The position numbers and the translations under genes were made by a program. This document shows, one piece after another, positions 9,259 to 17,981 of a stretch of 64,000 bases of DNA. Below the pieces are notes generated by a model. The model was not told where the DNA came from. It searched no databases and saw only the letters and a program-made list of their open reading frames with translations. The stretch lies in the sequence record NC_054935.2; one strand, 5' to 3'. Numbering within the stretch: position 1 is the stretch's first letter; the number at the start of each line of letters is the position of its first letter. Source of the stretch: Escherichia phage YUEEL01.

Positions 9259-9709
9259 GTTAGAGATTAGAAGCAATTTTAGGTGGCCATCATGCGCATT
9301 AAGTAATTTCGCCCAATGGCCTTTCGTTATGGATGGCATTCAATTTGGAGGTCTTGAAGGATTCCTCCAAGGGTGCAAGGTGAAAAATGTTGAACAACAA
9401 CGTCGTATATTTGGGTTATCCGGGCTTGCCGCCCAACAAGCTGGAAGGTCTTATGCTAGAGCTCAGGACCGTGGGACCCTCTTCTGGCTTGGAGTTCCGT
9501 TTTCAAGATACTCCCCAGCCTGGAAAGAATTATACACAAATGCGTATTTTGAAGCAGCGCTTCAAAACAGAGGCTTTCGCGATGCATTACAAGCCTCGAA
9601 AGGAAAAGTTTTGAAGCACAGCATGGCTAGTGGTCTAACAAAAGATGATACAATACTAACCGAAGCTGAATTTATTGATGTGTTAAACCTATTAAGAGAC
9701 TCTCTATGA
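9251..9709 (+). CDS. NADAR / YbiA-like (DUF1768) domain protein
   Basis: Motif ALSNFAQWPFVMDGIQF resembles the FSNFxxWP...DG core of E. coli YbiA/NADAR; ATG at 9251 (track starts TTG 9245); locally GC-rich; corresponds by position to T4 30.3. Confidence 0.7.
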   Translation: MSELEIRSNFRWPSCALSNFAQWPFVMDGIQFGGLEGFLQGCKVKNVEQQRRIFGLSGLAAQQAGRSYARAQDRGTLFWLGVPFSRYSPAWKELYTNAYFEAALQNRGFRDALQASKGKVLKHSMASGLTKDDTILTEAEFIDVLNLLRDSL

Positions 9710-10560
9710 AGCCTACTATTTTAACTGATATTGATGGAGTATGTTTAAGCTGGCAATCAGGCCTTCCTTATTTTGCTCAGAAATATAATCTTCCGTTAGA
9801 ACATATTTTAAAAATGATCCAGGATGAGAAATTTATTTCTCCTGGTAAACTATTTAATTGCGATGAAGAACTTGGCGTTAAGCTAATTGAAAAATACAAT
9901 CGTTCGGATTTTATTCGATACTTGTCTCCATATAAAGATGCCCTATGTGTAATTAACAAATTAAAAGAAGATTATAATTTTGTAGCTGTTACAGCATTGG
10001 GTGATTCTATTGACGCTCTGCTGAATCGTCAATTTAATTTGAATGCTCTTTTTCCTGGTGCCTTCTCAGAAGTACTGATGTGTGGTCATGATTCTTCAAA
10101 AGAAGAGTTGTTCAAAAAGGCAAAAGAAAAATATAACGTAATTTGTTATATTGACGATCTCGCTCACCACTGCGATCACGCAAGTGAAATATTAAATGTT
10201 CCTGTTTATTGGATGGCTCGAGGGGAACGTGACAGTATTCCAAAAACTGCACAGCGAGTTTATACATGGAATGATGTAGAGAATAAGCTTTTTCCATCGA
10301 AGGAAAATAAAGAAAGTTTTGATAGTGAAAAAGTTATAAAAGATGTAATTGAGAAGATGATTAAAAACGATTCTTTTCGTTGGAACACTACTTGGAGAAC
10401 TCCTGGATTTAATCCTTATAATCCATATCATCCATATTATACACACTCGCATCAGATGCATCCATTCCATACGTGGAGTTATATTAAGCCTGGCGACGCA
10501 GGGTATTTTAATAGACTTACTAGTGGTAGTGGTGATAATATTTTCCAAGGAGCATTCTAA
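9706..10560 (+). CDS. HAD-superfamily phosphatase-like protein with His/Tyr/Pro-rich C-terminal tail
   Basis: N-terminal ILTDIDGV = HAD motif I (DxDxV); 284 aa; C-terminal PGFNPYNPYHPYYTHSHQMHPFH segment. Confidence 0.65.
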   Translation: MKPTILTDIDGVCLSWQSGLPYFAQKYNLPLEHILKMIQDEKFISPGKLFNCDEELGVKLIEKYNRSDFIRYLSPYKDALCVINKLKEDYNFVAVTALGDSIDALLNRQFNLNALFPGAFSEVLMCGHDSSKEELFKKAKEKYNVICYIDDLAHHCDHASEILNVPVYWMARGERDSIPKTAQRVYTWNDVENKLFPSKENKESFDSEKVIKDVIEKMIKNDSFRWNTTWRTPGFNPYNPYHPYYTHSHQMHPFHTWSYIKPGDAGYFNRLTSGSGDNIFQGAF

Positions 10561-10829
10561 TGTTTGTTGTTCACACTATTTATGAAAATGAAGGTAATAC
10601 TACACGTGATTACGGTCACGTAAATCAATTTTTTAGATGCAATCCAGAATTCCGAGCTCAAAAAGACGAACGAATTTTTAAAAAATGTGTAGAGCAAGGT
10701 TTCATTTACGTCAAGCACTGGATGCAAGGAAATAAAGTTAGAACCACGTACCACAGGTCTTTGACTGAGCTTAATGATGAATTGATTTATAATAGAGCTG
10801 TAAACCAAACTCTAAAGGATGAACAATGA
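10560..10829 (+). CDS. hypothetical protein (89 aa)
   Basis: ATG ORF directly upstream of DNA ligase, overlapping stop/start. Confidence 0.55.
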   Translation: MFVVHTIYENEGNTTRDYGHVNQFFRCNPEFRAQKDERIFKKCVEQGFIYVKHWMQGNKVRTTYHRSLTELNDELIYNRAVNQTLKDEQ

Positions 10830-12289
10830 TTCTTAAAATTCTGAACGAAATAGCATCTATTGGTTCAACTAAGCAGAAGCAAGCAATTCTTGAAAAGAAT
10901 AAAGATAATGAATTGCTTAAACGAGTATATCGTCTGACTTATTCTCGTGGGTTACAGTATTATATCAAGAAATGGCCTAAACCGGGTATTGCTACCCAGA
11001 GTTTTGGAATGTTGACTCTTACCGATATGCTTGACTTCATTGAATTCACGTTAGCTACTCGGAAATTGACTGGAAATGCGGCAATTGAGGAATTAACTGG
11101 ATATATTACTGACGGTAAAAAAGATGATGTTGAAGTTTTGCGTCGGGTGATGATGCGAGACCTTGAATGCGGTGCTTCAGTATCTATTGCAAACAAAGTT
11201 TGGCCAGGTTTAATTCCTGAACAACCTCAAATGCTTGCAAGTTCTTATGATGAAAAAGGCATTAATAAGAATATCAAATTTCCAGCCTTTGCCCAGTTAA
11301 AAGCTGATGGAGCTCGGTGTTTTGCTGAAGTTAGAGGTGATGAATTAGATGATGTTCGTCTTTTATCACGAGCTGGTAATGAATATCTAGGATTAGATCT
11401 TCTTAAGGAAGAGTTAATCAAAATGACTGCAGAAGCTCGCCAGATTCATCCAGAAGGTGTGTTAATTGATGGCGAATTGGTATACCATGAGCAAGTTGAA
11501 AAGGAGCCAGAAGGCCTAGATTTTCTTTTTGATGCTTATCCTGAAATTAGTAAAGCTAAAGAATTCGCCGAAGTAGCTGAATCACGTACTGCATCTAATG
11601 GCATCGCCAATAAATCTTTAAAGGGAACCATTTCTGAAAAAGAAGCTCAATGCATGAAGTTTCAGGTCTGGGATTATGTCCCGTTGGTAGAAATATACGG
11701 TCTTCCTGCATTTCGTTTGAAATATGATGTACGTTTTTCTAAACTAGAACAAATGACATCAGGTTATGATAAAGTAATTTTAATTGAAAACCAGGTAGTA
11801 AATAACCTAGATGAAGCTAAGGTAATTTATAAAAAGTATATTGACCAAGGTCTTGAAGGTATTATTCTCAAAAATACCGATGGATTGTGGGAAAATGCTC
11901 GTTCAAAAAATCTCTATAAATTTAAAGAAGTAATTGATGTTGATTTAAAAATTGTAGGAATTTATCCTCACCGTAAAGACCCTACTAAAGCGGGTGGATT
12001 TATTCTTGAATCAGAGTGTGGAAAAATTAAGGTAAATGCTGGTTCAGGCTTAAAAGATAAAGCCGGTGTAAAATCGCATGAACTTGACCGTACTCGCATT
12101 ATGGAAAACCAAAATTATTATATTGGAAAAATTCTAGAGTGCGAATGCAACGGTTGGTTAAAATCTGATGGCCGCACTGATTACGTTAAATTATTTCTTC
12201 CGATTGTGATTCGTTTACGTGAAGATAAAACTAAAGCTAATACATTCGAGGATGTATTTGGTGATTTTCATGAGGTAACTGGTTTATGA
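10826..12289 (+). CDS. 30: ATP-dependent DNA ligase
   Basis: 487 aa MILKILNEIASIGSTKQKQAILEKNKDNELLKRVYRL... matches T4 DNA ligase; adenylation lysine context AQLKADGARC. Confidence 0.95.
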   Translation: MILKILNEIASIGSTKQKQAILEKNKDNELLKRVYRLTYSRGLQYYIKKWPKPGIATQSFGMLTLTDMLDFIEFTLATRKLTGNAAIEELTGYITDGKKDDVEVLRRVMMRDLECGASVSIANKVWPGLIPEQPQMLASSYDEKGINKNIKFPAFAQLKADGARCFAEVRGDELDDVRLLSRAGNEYLGLDLLKEELIKMTAEARQIHPEGVLIDGELVYHEQVEKEPEGLDFLFDAYPEISKAKEFAEVAESRTASNGIANKSLKGTISEKEAQCMKFQVWDYVPLVEIYGLPAFRLKYDVRFSKLEQMTSGYDKVILIENQVVNNLDEAKVIYKKYIDQGLEGIILKNTDGLWENARSKNLYKFKEVIDVDLKIVGIYPHRKDPTKAGGFILESECGKIKVNAGSGLKDKAGVKSHELDRTRIMENQNYYIGKILECECNGWLKSDGRTDYVKLFLPIVIRLREDKTKANTFEDVFGDFHEVTGL

Positions 12290-12474
12290 AAGCTTACTTA
12301 GAAACAATTGTCGTGGCTCAAAAAGAAGGTGGAGATGTTTCTACTTCTGTATCACAAGTCATTCTCGAATTTGTAGATGCATACGCTTATAATAAATTTA
12401 CAGAAACATTTGATGCCTATGAAAAAGGACCAAAGTTTGAAATATATCGTACTCTCTTACCACTAGATTACTAA
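12286..12474 (+). CDS. hypothetical protein (62 aa)
   Basis: Small ORF overlapping ligase stop, followed by hairpin terminator. Confidence 0.5.
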   Translation: MKAYLETIVVAQKEGGDVSTSVSQVILEFVDAYAYNKFTETFDAYEKGPKFEIYRTLLPLDY

Positions 12475-12492
12475 AGGCCTTCGGGCCTTTAA
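12473..12492 (+). terminator. intrinsic terminator upstream of alt late promoter
   Basis: AAAGGCC-TTCG-GGCCTTT hairpin followed by AATTTT. Confidence 0.65.
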
Positions 12493-12495
12493 TTT

Positions 12496-12503
12496 TATAA
12501 ATA
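12496..12503 (+). promoter_or_regulatory. late promoter TATAAATA for alt
   Basis: Exact TATAAATA 21 nt upstream of alt ATG, just after a terminator hairpin; alt is a late-expressed packaged protein in T4. Confidence 0.65.
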
Positions 12504-12526
12504 GAATAAACACTAGAGAGGCTATG

Positions 12527-14575
12527 ATGGAACTTATTACAGAATTATTTGACGAAGATACTACTCTTCCGATTACAAACTTAAATCCAAAGAAGAAAAT
12601 ACCGCAAATTTTTTCAGTTCATGTTGATGATGCAATTGAACAACCAGGCTTTCGTTTATGTACCTATACATCTGGAGGTGATACTAATCGCGATTTAAAA
12701 ATGGGCGATAAAATGATGCATATTGTTCCTTTTACATTAACTGCTAAAGGTTCAATTGCTAAATTAAAAGGTCTTGGTCCAAGCCCAATTAATTATATCA
12801 ATTCAGTTTTTACTGTTGCAATGCAAACAATGCGTCAGTATAAAATTGATGCTTGTATGCTTCGTATTCTTAAGTCTAAAACCGCTGGTCAAGCTCGACA
12901 AATTCAAGTTATTGCTGATAGACTTATCCGTAGTCGTTCAGGTGGCAGATACGTCCTTCTTAAGGAACTCTGGGATTATGATAAAAAGTATGCATATATT
13001 CTTATACATCGCAAAAATGTATCACTAGAAGACATTCCAGGAGTTCCGGAAATTAGTACCGAGCTCTTTACTAAAGTTGAATCGAAGGTCGGTGATGTTT
13101 ATATCAATAAAGATACCGGAGCTCAAGTAACCAAAAATGAGGCAATTGCAGCATCTATTGCACAAGAAAATGATAAACGTTCTGACCAAGCTGTAATCGT
13201 TAAAGTTAAAATTTCCCGTAGAGCAATTGCACAAAGTCAGTCATTGGAATCTTCTAGATTTGAAACACCGATGTTTCAAAAATTTGAGGCTTCAGCGGCA
13301 GAATTAAATAAACCAGCGGACGCGCCTTTAATTTCTGATTCTAATGAATTAACGGTAATTTCTACTTCAGGATTTGCACTAGAGAATGCTCTTAGCAGTG
13401 TTACAGCTGGGATGGCATTCAGAGAAGCTTCTATAATTCCTGAAGATAAAGAATCCATTATTAATGCAGAAATAAAAAATAAAGCTTTAGAAAAATTACG
13501 AAAAGAATCTATTACTTCAATAAAAACTTTAGAAACTATTGCTTCTATCGTCGATGATACTTTAGAAAAATATAAAGGTGCTTGGTTTGAAAGAAATATT
13601 AACAAACATTCGCATTTAAACCAAGATGCTGCAAATGAGTTAGTACAAAATTCTTGGAATGCAATAAAAACAAAGATTATTCGAAGAGAATTACGTGGAT
13701 ATGCTCTTACAGCTGGATGGTCATTACATCCTATAGTCGAAAATAAAGATTCATCTAAATACACACCAGCACAAAAACGCGGAATTCGTGAATACGTAGG
13801 TTCAGGATATGTAGACATAAATAATGCTCTTTTGGGATTATATAATCCAGATGAGCGTACAAGTATTTTGACAGCATCTGACATAGAAAAAGCTATTGAT
13901 AATTTAGATTCAGCCTTTAAAAATGGTGAACGATTACCAAAAGGTATTACTTTGTATCGTTCACAACGAATGTTACCTTCAATATACGAAGCAATGGTAA
14001 AAAATCGAGTTTTTTATTTTAGAAATTTTGTATCAACATCATTATATCCAAACATTTTTGGTACTTGGATGACTGATTCAGCTGTTGGTGTTTTACCAGA
14101 TGAAAAGCGTCTAAACATTTCTATCGATAAAAATGATGAAGGGCTTGTTAATTCTAGCGATAATTTAGTCGGAATTGGATGGGTTATTACTGGGGCTGAT
14201 AAAGTCAATGTTGTTTTACCCGGTGGAAGTTTAGCGCCTTCAAATGAAATGGAAGTCATTTTGCCACGTGGATTAATGGTCAAAGTTAATAAAATAACTG
14301 ATGCATCTTACAATGATGGAACAGTCAAAACTAACAACAAGCTTATTCAAGCTGAAGTTATGACCACCGAAGAACTCACCGAATCAGTAATTTATGACGG
14401 TGACCGTTTAATGGAAACCGGCGAAGTAGTTACAATGACAGGTGATATAGAAGATAGAGTTGACTTTGCATCATTTGTTTCATCAAATGTTAAACAAAAA
14501 GTAGAATCATCTCTTGGAATTATTGCGTCTTGCATAGATATTACAAACATGCCTTACAAGTTCGTTCAAGGATAA
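12527..14575 (+). CDS. alt: Alt ADP-ribosyltransferase (packaged, modifies host RNAP)
   Basis: 682 aa from second ATG; MELITELFDEDTTLPITNLNPKKKIPQIF... matches T4 Alt; ART-like R / STS / E motifs (LYRSQ, FVSTSL, EVILPRG); late promoter upstream. Confidence 0.93.
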   Translation: MELITELFDEDTTLPITNLNPKKKIPQIFSVHVDDAIEQPGFRLCTYTSGGDTNRDLKMGDKMMHIVPFTLTAKGSIAKLKGLGPSPINYINSVFTVAMQTMRQYKIDACMLRILKSKTAGQARQIQVIADRLIRSRSGGRYVLLKELWDYDKKYAYILIHRKNVSLEDIPGVPEISTELFTKVESKVGDVYINKDTGAQVTKNEAIAASIAQENDKRSDQAVIVKVKISRRAIAQSQSLESSRFETPMFQKFEASAAELNKPADAPLISDSNELTVISTSGFALENALSSVTAGMAFREASIIPEDKESIINAEIKNKALEKLRKESITSIKTLETIASIVDDTLEKYKGAWFERNINKHSHLNQDAANELVQNSWNAIKTKIIRRELRGYALTAGWSLHPIVENKDSSKYTPAQKRGIREYVGSGYVDINNALLGLYNPDERTSILTASDIEKAIDNLDSAFKNGERLPKGITLYRSQRMLPSIYEAMVKNRVFYFRNFVSTSLYPNIFGTWMTDSAVGVLPDEKRLNISIDKNDEGLVNSSDNLVGIGWVITGADKVNVVLPGGSLAPSNEMEVILPRGLMVKVNKITDASYNDGTVKTNNKLIQAEVMTTEELTESVIYDGDRLMETGEVVTMTGDIEDRVDFASFVSSNVKQKVESSLGIIASCIDITNMPYKFVQG

Positions 14576-14578
14576 ATC

Positions 14579-16636
14579 ATGGAACTTATTACAGAATTAT
14601 TTGACGGCGCTTCGGCGCCGGTTGTTAACTTAAATCCTAAGCATAAAATACCTCAAATTTTTGCTATTCAAGCCGGCGAAGAAAGCGTGCTTCCTGGATT
14701 TAGATTTTGTACATACACCTCTGGAGGTGATACAAATAAAAACGTTAAGCCGGGCGATAAAATGATGCATATCGTAATGATAGGTGTCAACGAGAAATTA
14801 TCACTGGTTAAACTTAGAAACTTGGGTGGAAATCCAATTGGCGTCATTAACGCTGTTTTTGATACTGCTCTTCAAACAATGAAACAGTATAAAATTGATG
14901 CATGCTTATTCCGCGTACTAAAGAGTAAAACAAATGGAGCTGCTCGTCAAATGCAAGTTATTGCTGACCGTTTAGTACGTACTAAAGGAGCAGGTCGATA
15001 TGTTCTTTTAAAGGAAATCTGGGATTATGATAAAAAGTACGCATATATTATGGTTTATCGTAAAAATGCCAATTTAGAAGACATTCCAGGTGTACCTCCT
15101 ATTTCAACTGAGTTATTCACAAAAGTTGAATCAAAGGTTGGTGATGTTTATGTAGATGTTAAAACAGGTAATGCTGTTCCTAAAGCTGTTGCTGTTGCTG
15201 CTTCTATTGCTTTAGAAAATGATAAGCGCACGGACCAAGCTGTTATTCAGAAAACTAAAATTAGTCGTCGATTAGCAGCACAAGCTCAATATTCTACTGT
15301 TGATGCTTCACTTCAGGGTGATAGCTTCGCTGCTAAGAAATATCAAGAGTTTGAATCTAAAGTTCCGGTGTATAAAGCAGAAGGACCAATGAACTCTGGC
15401 GTTATTCAAATTGGTTCAAACTTCAGCAAAGGAGCTATAGGCGGTATGAGAAGCGCTTCTCGTTTTAAATCTAGTGATTATGAACTCGAAAGCTTCCGAA
15501 ATCATATTGCATTAGCCCATGCACGTTTACGTGATCCATCTATCAAGTTACAGAGCGATATAACATATCAAGGTTCTCAAGAATATTTAAAGAATAAAGA
15601 ATTCTTTGATTATAAGACTGATAAAATTTTAAGCGATCTTGCTGATATTAATATTTCTAATAGCTTTGATGTTATTAAGAAAATTATCAATGATTTGGTT
15701 AAAGGTTCTAAAGCTACGCCAGATGAAAAGACAGCTATTATTCAATTTGTCATGAATGGCATTTATAAATTGATTAATGAATCTGCTGCTCAGGCATATG
15801 AATACGCAAGCACTGAAGTAACTCCAAAAGGATTAACTCAAGCTGAATCTGATGTAATTGAAGATTATTGTGCAGATTCATATGTTGAAATGAACTCGTT
15901 CCTTTTGGGTAAACCAGATTCTACCCGTGAAGAATATATGGAACGAGCTATTAAACATATTGAGACGCTTGATTCTGCATTCGCTAAAGGTTCAGTTCTT
16001 CCTCCAGGAACTACACTTTACCGTGGACAAGAAGTTACCTTTAAAACTTTGCGTCATAACATTGAAAATAAAATGTTCTATTTCAAGAACTTCGTATCCA
16101 CATCGCTTAAACCAAATATCTTCGGTGAGCATGGTAAAAACTATATGGCTCTAGATGATTCCGGCGCAGTATTTTCTGGTGAAGGAGAAGGTTCCGTTGA
16201 TGCAGAAGATTTGATGCATATGGGTAGTCATTCTACATATGCTAATGAAGATGCTGAAACTAGCGTGGGTATGGTAATTAAAGGAGCTGAGCGAATCAAA
16301 GTTATCGTTCCGGGTCATTTATCAGGATTTCCGTCAGAAGCTGAAGTTATTCTACCACGTGGAATTTTACTGAAGATTAATAAAGTAAGTACTTACTTTA
16401 TGAAAGAAACTGCTTATAACAAGTATCTAATCGAAGGTACAATCGTTCCTCCTTCTGAACAATTAGAAGAATCAGTATATGATGGCGACCATCTAATGGA
16501 AACTGGTGAAGTTCGTCCAATGGCTGGATTTAATCAATTCCTTGTAGAAGAATCAAAAGAAGAGGAAAGCGAAGTTTCTCAAATCTTAGCTTCTTTGGTT
16601 AACATCAACGGAATGTCTAAAAAGTTCAAAATGTAG
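14579..16636 (+). CDS. Alt-like ADP-ribosyltransferase paralog
   Basis: 685 aa; N-terminal ~230 aa and C-terminal ART-like region (LYRGQ, FVSTSL, EVILPRG) clearly homologous to the upstream Alt, central region divergent; 3-bp spacer from alt. Confidence 0.85.
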   Translation: MELITELFDGASAPVVNLNPKHKIPQIFAIQAGEESVLPGFRFCTYTSGGDTNKNVKPGDKMMHIVMIGVNEKLSLVKLRNLGGNPIGVINAVFDTALQTMKQYKIDACLFRVLKSKTNGAARQMQVIADRLVRTKGAGRYVLLKEIWDYDKKYAYIMVYRKNANLEDIPGVPPISTELFTKVESKVGDVYVDVKTGNAVPKAVAVAASIALENDKRTDQAVIQKTKISRRLAAQAQYSTVDASLQGDSFAAKKYQEFESKVPVYKAEGPMNSGVIQIGSNFSKGAIGGMRSASRFKSSDYELESFRNHIALAHARLRDPSIKLQSDITYQGSQEYLKNKEFFDYKTDKILSDLADINISNSFDVIKKIINDLVKGSKATPDEKTAIIQFVMNGIYKLINESAAQAYEYASTEVTPKGLTQAESDVIEDYCADSYVEMNSFLLGKPDSTREEYMERAIKHIETLDSAFAKGSVLPPGTTLYRGQEVTFKTLRHNIENKMFYFKNFVSTSLKPNIFGEHGKNYMALDDSGAVFSGEGEGSVDAEDLMHMGSHSTYANEDAETSVGMVIKGAERIKVIVPGHLSGFPSEAEVILPRGILLKINKVSTYFMKETAYNKYLIEGTIVPPSEQLEESVYDGDHLMETGEVRPMAGFNQFLVEESKEEESEVSQILASLVNINGMSKKFKM

Positions 16637-16665
16637 TTTACAAGTCCCTCGTGTTGTGTTATAGT
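16636..16665 (+). promoter_or_regulatory. T4-type early promoter (second copy of the 1172 cassette)
   Basis: GTTTAC 16636-16641, TATAGT 16660-16665; near-identical to 1172-1201. Confidence 0.6.
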
Positions 16666-16690
16666 AATCTTACTGACATAACATGAGGAA
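16636..16690 (+). repeat. copy B of ~55-bp early promoter/leader cassette
   Basis: GTTTACAAGTCCCTCGTGTTGTGTTATAGTAATCTTACTGACATAACATGAGGA. Confidence 0.8.
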
Positions 16691-16696
16691 CACAAA

Positions 16697-16987
16697 ATGA
16701 AATCTTCTTTACGCTTTTTAGGTCAAGAACTTGTAGTTGAAGGCGTTATTCCTGCTGATAACGCTTTTAATGAAGCAGTTTATGATGAATTTATCAAAAT
16801 TTTTGGAACAGATAAAAAGTTCGGAATTTTTCCTTCTGAAAATTTTTCAAAGCCAGAACAGACTGAAAGTATTTTCCAAGGTGTAGTAACAGGTAAATTT
16901 GAGTCAGAAGCTCCGGTAAAAATTGAAGTTTATATTGAAGACAGTTTAGTTGCTTCAGTTTCTGCTTTCATTTCATTCCGTAAATAA
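16697..16987 (+). CDS. hypothetical protein (96 aa)
   Basis: ATG ORF with GAGGA SD behind duplicated early promoter cassette; followed by bidirectional terminator. Confidence 0.55.
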   Translation: MKSSLRFLGQELVVEGVIPADNAFNEAVYDEFIKIFGTDKKFGIFPSENFSKPEQTESIFQGVVTGKFESEAPVKIEVYIEDSLVASVSAFISFRK

Positions 16988-16991
16988 AAAT

Positions 16992-17013
16992 ATGGGGACC
17001 GAAAGGTCCCCAT
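16992..17013. terminator. bidirectional terminator between convergent ORF 16697 (+) and gene 54 (-)
   Basis: ATGGGGACC-GAAA-GGTCCCCAT hairpin flanked by A/T runs on both sides. Confidence 0.7.
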
Positions 17014-17015
17014 TG

Positions 17016-17981
17016 TTATATTGCTCCTAATATTTTACTCTGCGAATTGACAATTCCTGTCATAGTATTAATATTTGAAATGCTTCCTGCAGTTCCCCCT
17101 AATCTACTAAGTCGTGAAAGCGAATTAGATAGTCCAGTAACACCTCCACTATTTCCGAGAACGCTTTGAATACCATTTATAGTAGCAGATTCAAGCCATT
17201 CAAGGGCAGCTTGTCTATCAACTGCTCCAGCCTGCATCACTCTATACGCAAAAGTAACATCAAATGTAGTTATTTGGTTATCTCCATCATATGATAACTC
17301 AGGAGCGCTTACGGACACTGGAATGCATCCAGTGAACATCACCGCAGTATGTGGTAATCCATTGCGAGAATGAAGATTAACCTGAATATCTGCCTCGACA
17401 TCTTGCGGCAAAGCACGCAATCCAGTTACTGGGTCTTGAACAGCGTTAACCCAGTCTTGCATTGCACGATAGTTACAAGCTTCTGAATCCATTCTGAATG
17501 AAATAACCAAAGGGTCTAATTCTCTCCCAGTTATACGAATATTAGGAGAATTATAGTTCCAGTCAGTTTCATAGGATAATCTATTCTCTGGCATTTTTAC
17601 AGAGTATATCATCAATCCAGATGAGTTATATGCCATGTTAAAGAAGTCAATTAAATATGTACCAACTGTAAATGAGCCTAATAAACTTTGAACTGTACGT
17701 TGACTCATGGCACCAATAAGATATTTACTAACCCCTGATTTTCTTATCAGTTTTTGTGTGCCAGCTGTAATTAGCGTAGTAATTCCCTGATTAATATCGC
17801 CTTGAGTTAATCCTAACCAATCTGAATTTAGGCCCAAGTTATTATAAGAAAAGTTGCTAATTGAACTTATCAACGAAGAGCTTTTAGTTGATGGAGTTGT
17901 AGCAAAAACACAGCTGAACATATTATTACGTTGGAAATCTGCGTTTATTGCTTGATTATTAAATTCCTCTAAAGAATACAT
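17016..17981 (-). CDS. 54: baseplate tail-tube initiator gp54
   Basis: 321 aa MYSLEEFNNQAINADFQRNNMFS...; length and synteny match T4 gp54. Confidence 0.9.
   Translation of the reverse strand: MYSLEEFNNQAINADFQRNNMFSCVFATTPSTKSSSLISSISNFSYNNLGLNSDWLGLTQGDINQGITTLITAGTQKLIRKSGVSKYLIGAMSQRTVQSLLGSFTVGTYLIDFFNMAYNSSGLMIYSVKMPENRLSYETDWNYNSPNIRITGRELDPLVISFRMDSEACNYRAMQDWVNAVQDPVTGLRALPQDVEADIQVNLHSRNGLPHTAVMFTGCIPVSVSAPELSYDGDNQITTFDVTFAYRVMQAGAVDRQAALEWLESATINGIQSVLGNSGGVTGLSNSLSRLSRLGGTAGSISNINTMTGIVNSQSKILGAI

Noticed and set aside
9387-9614. 75-aa ORF nested in another frame inside the NADAR-like gene
   Set aside because: Most likely a by-product of local high GC content suppressing stop codons. 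T4 annotation has a nested 30.3' ORF at the equivalent place, so it is not fully excluded, but sequence alone gives no independent support
13276-13884. 202-aa minus-strand ORF inside alt
   Set aside because: Antisense to Alt, which is confidently identified; no promoter or SD context
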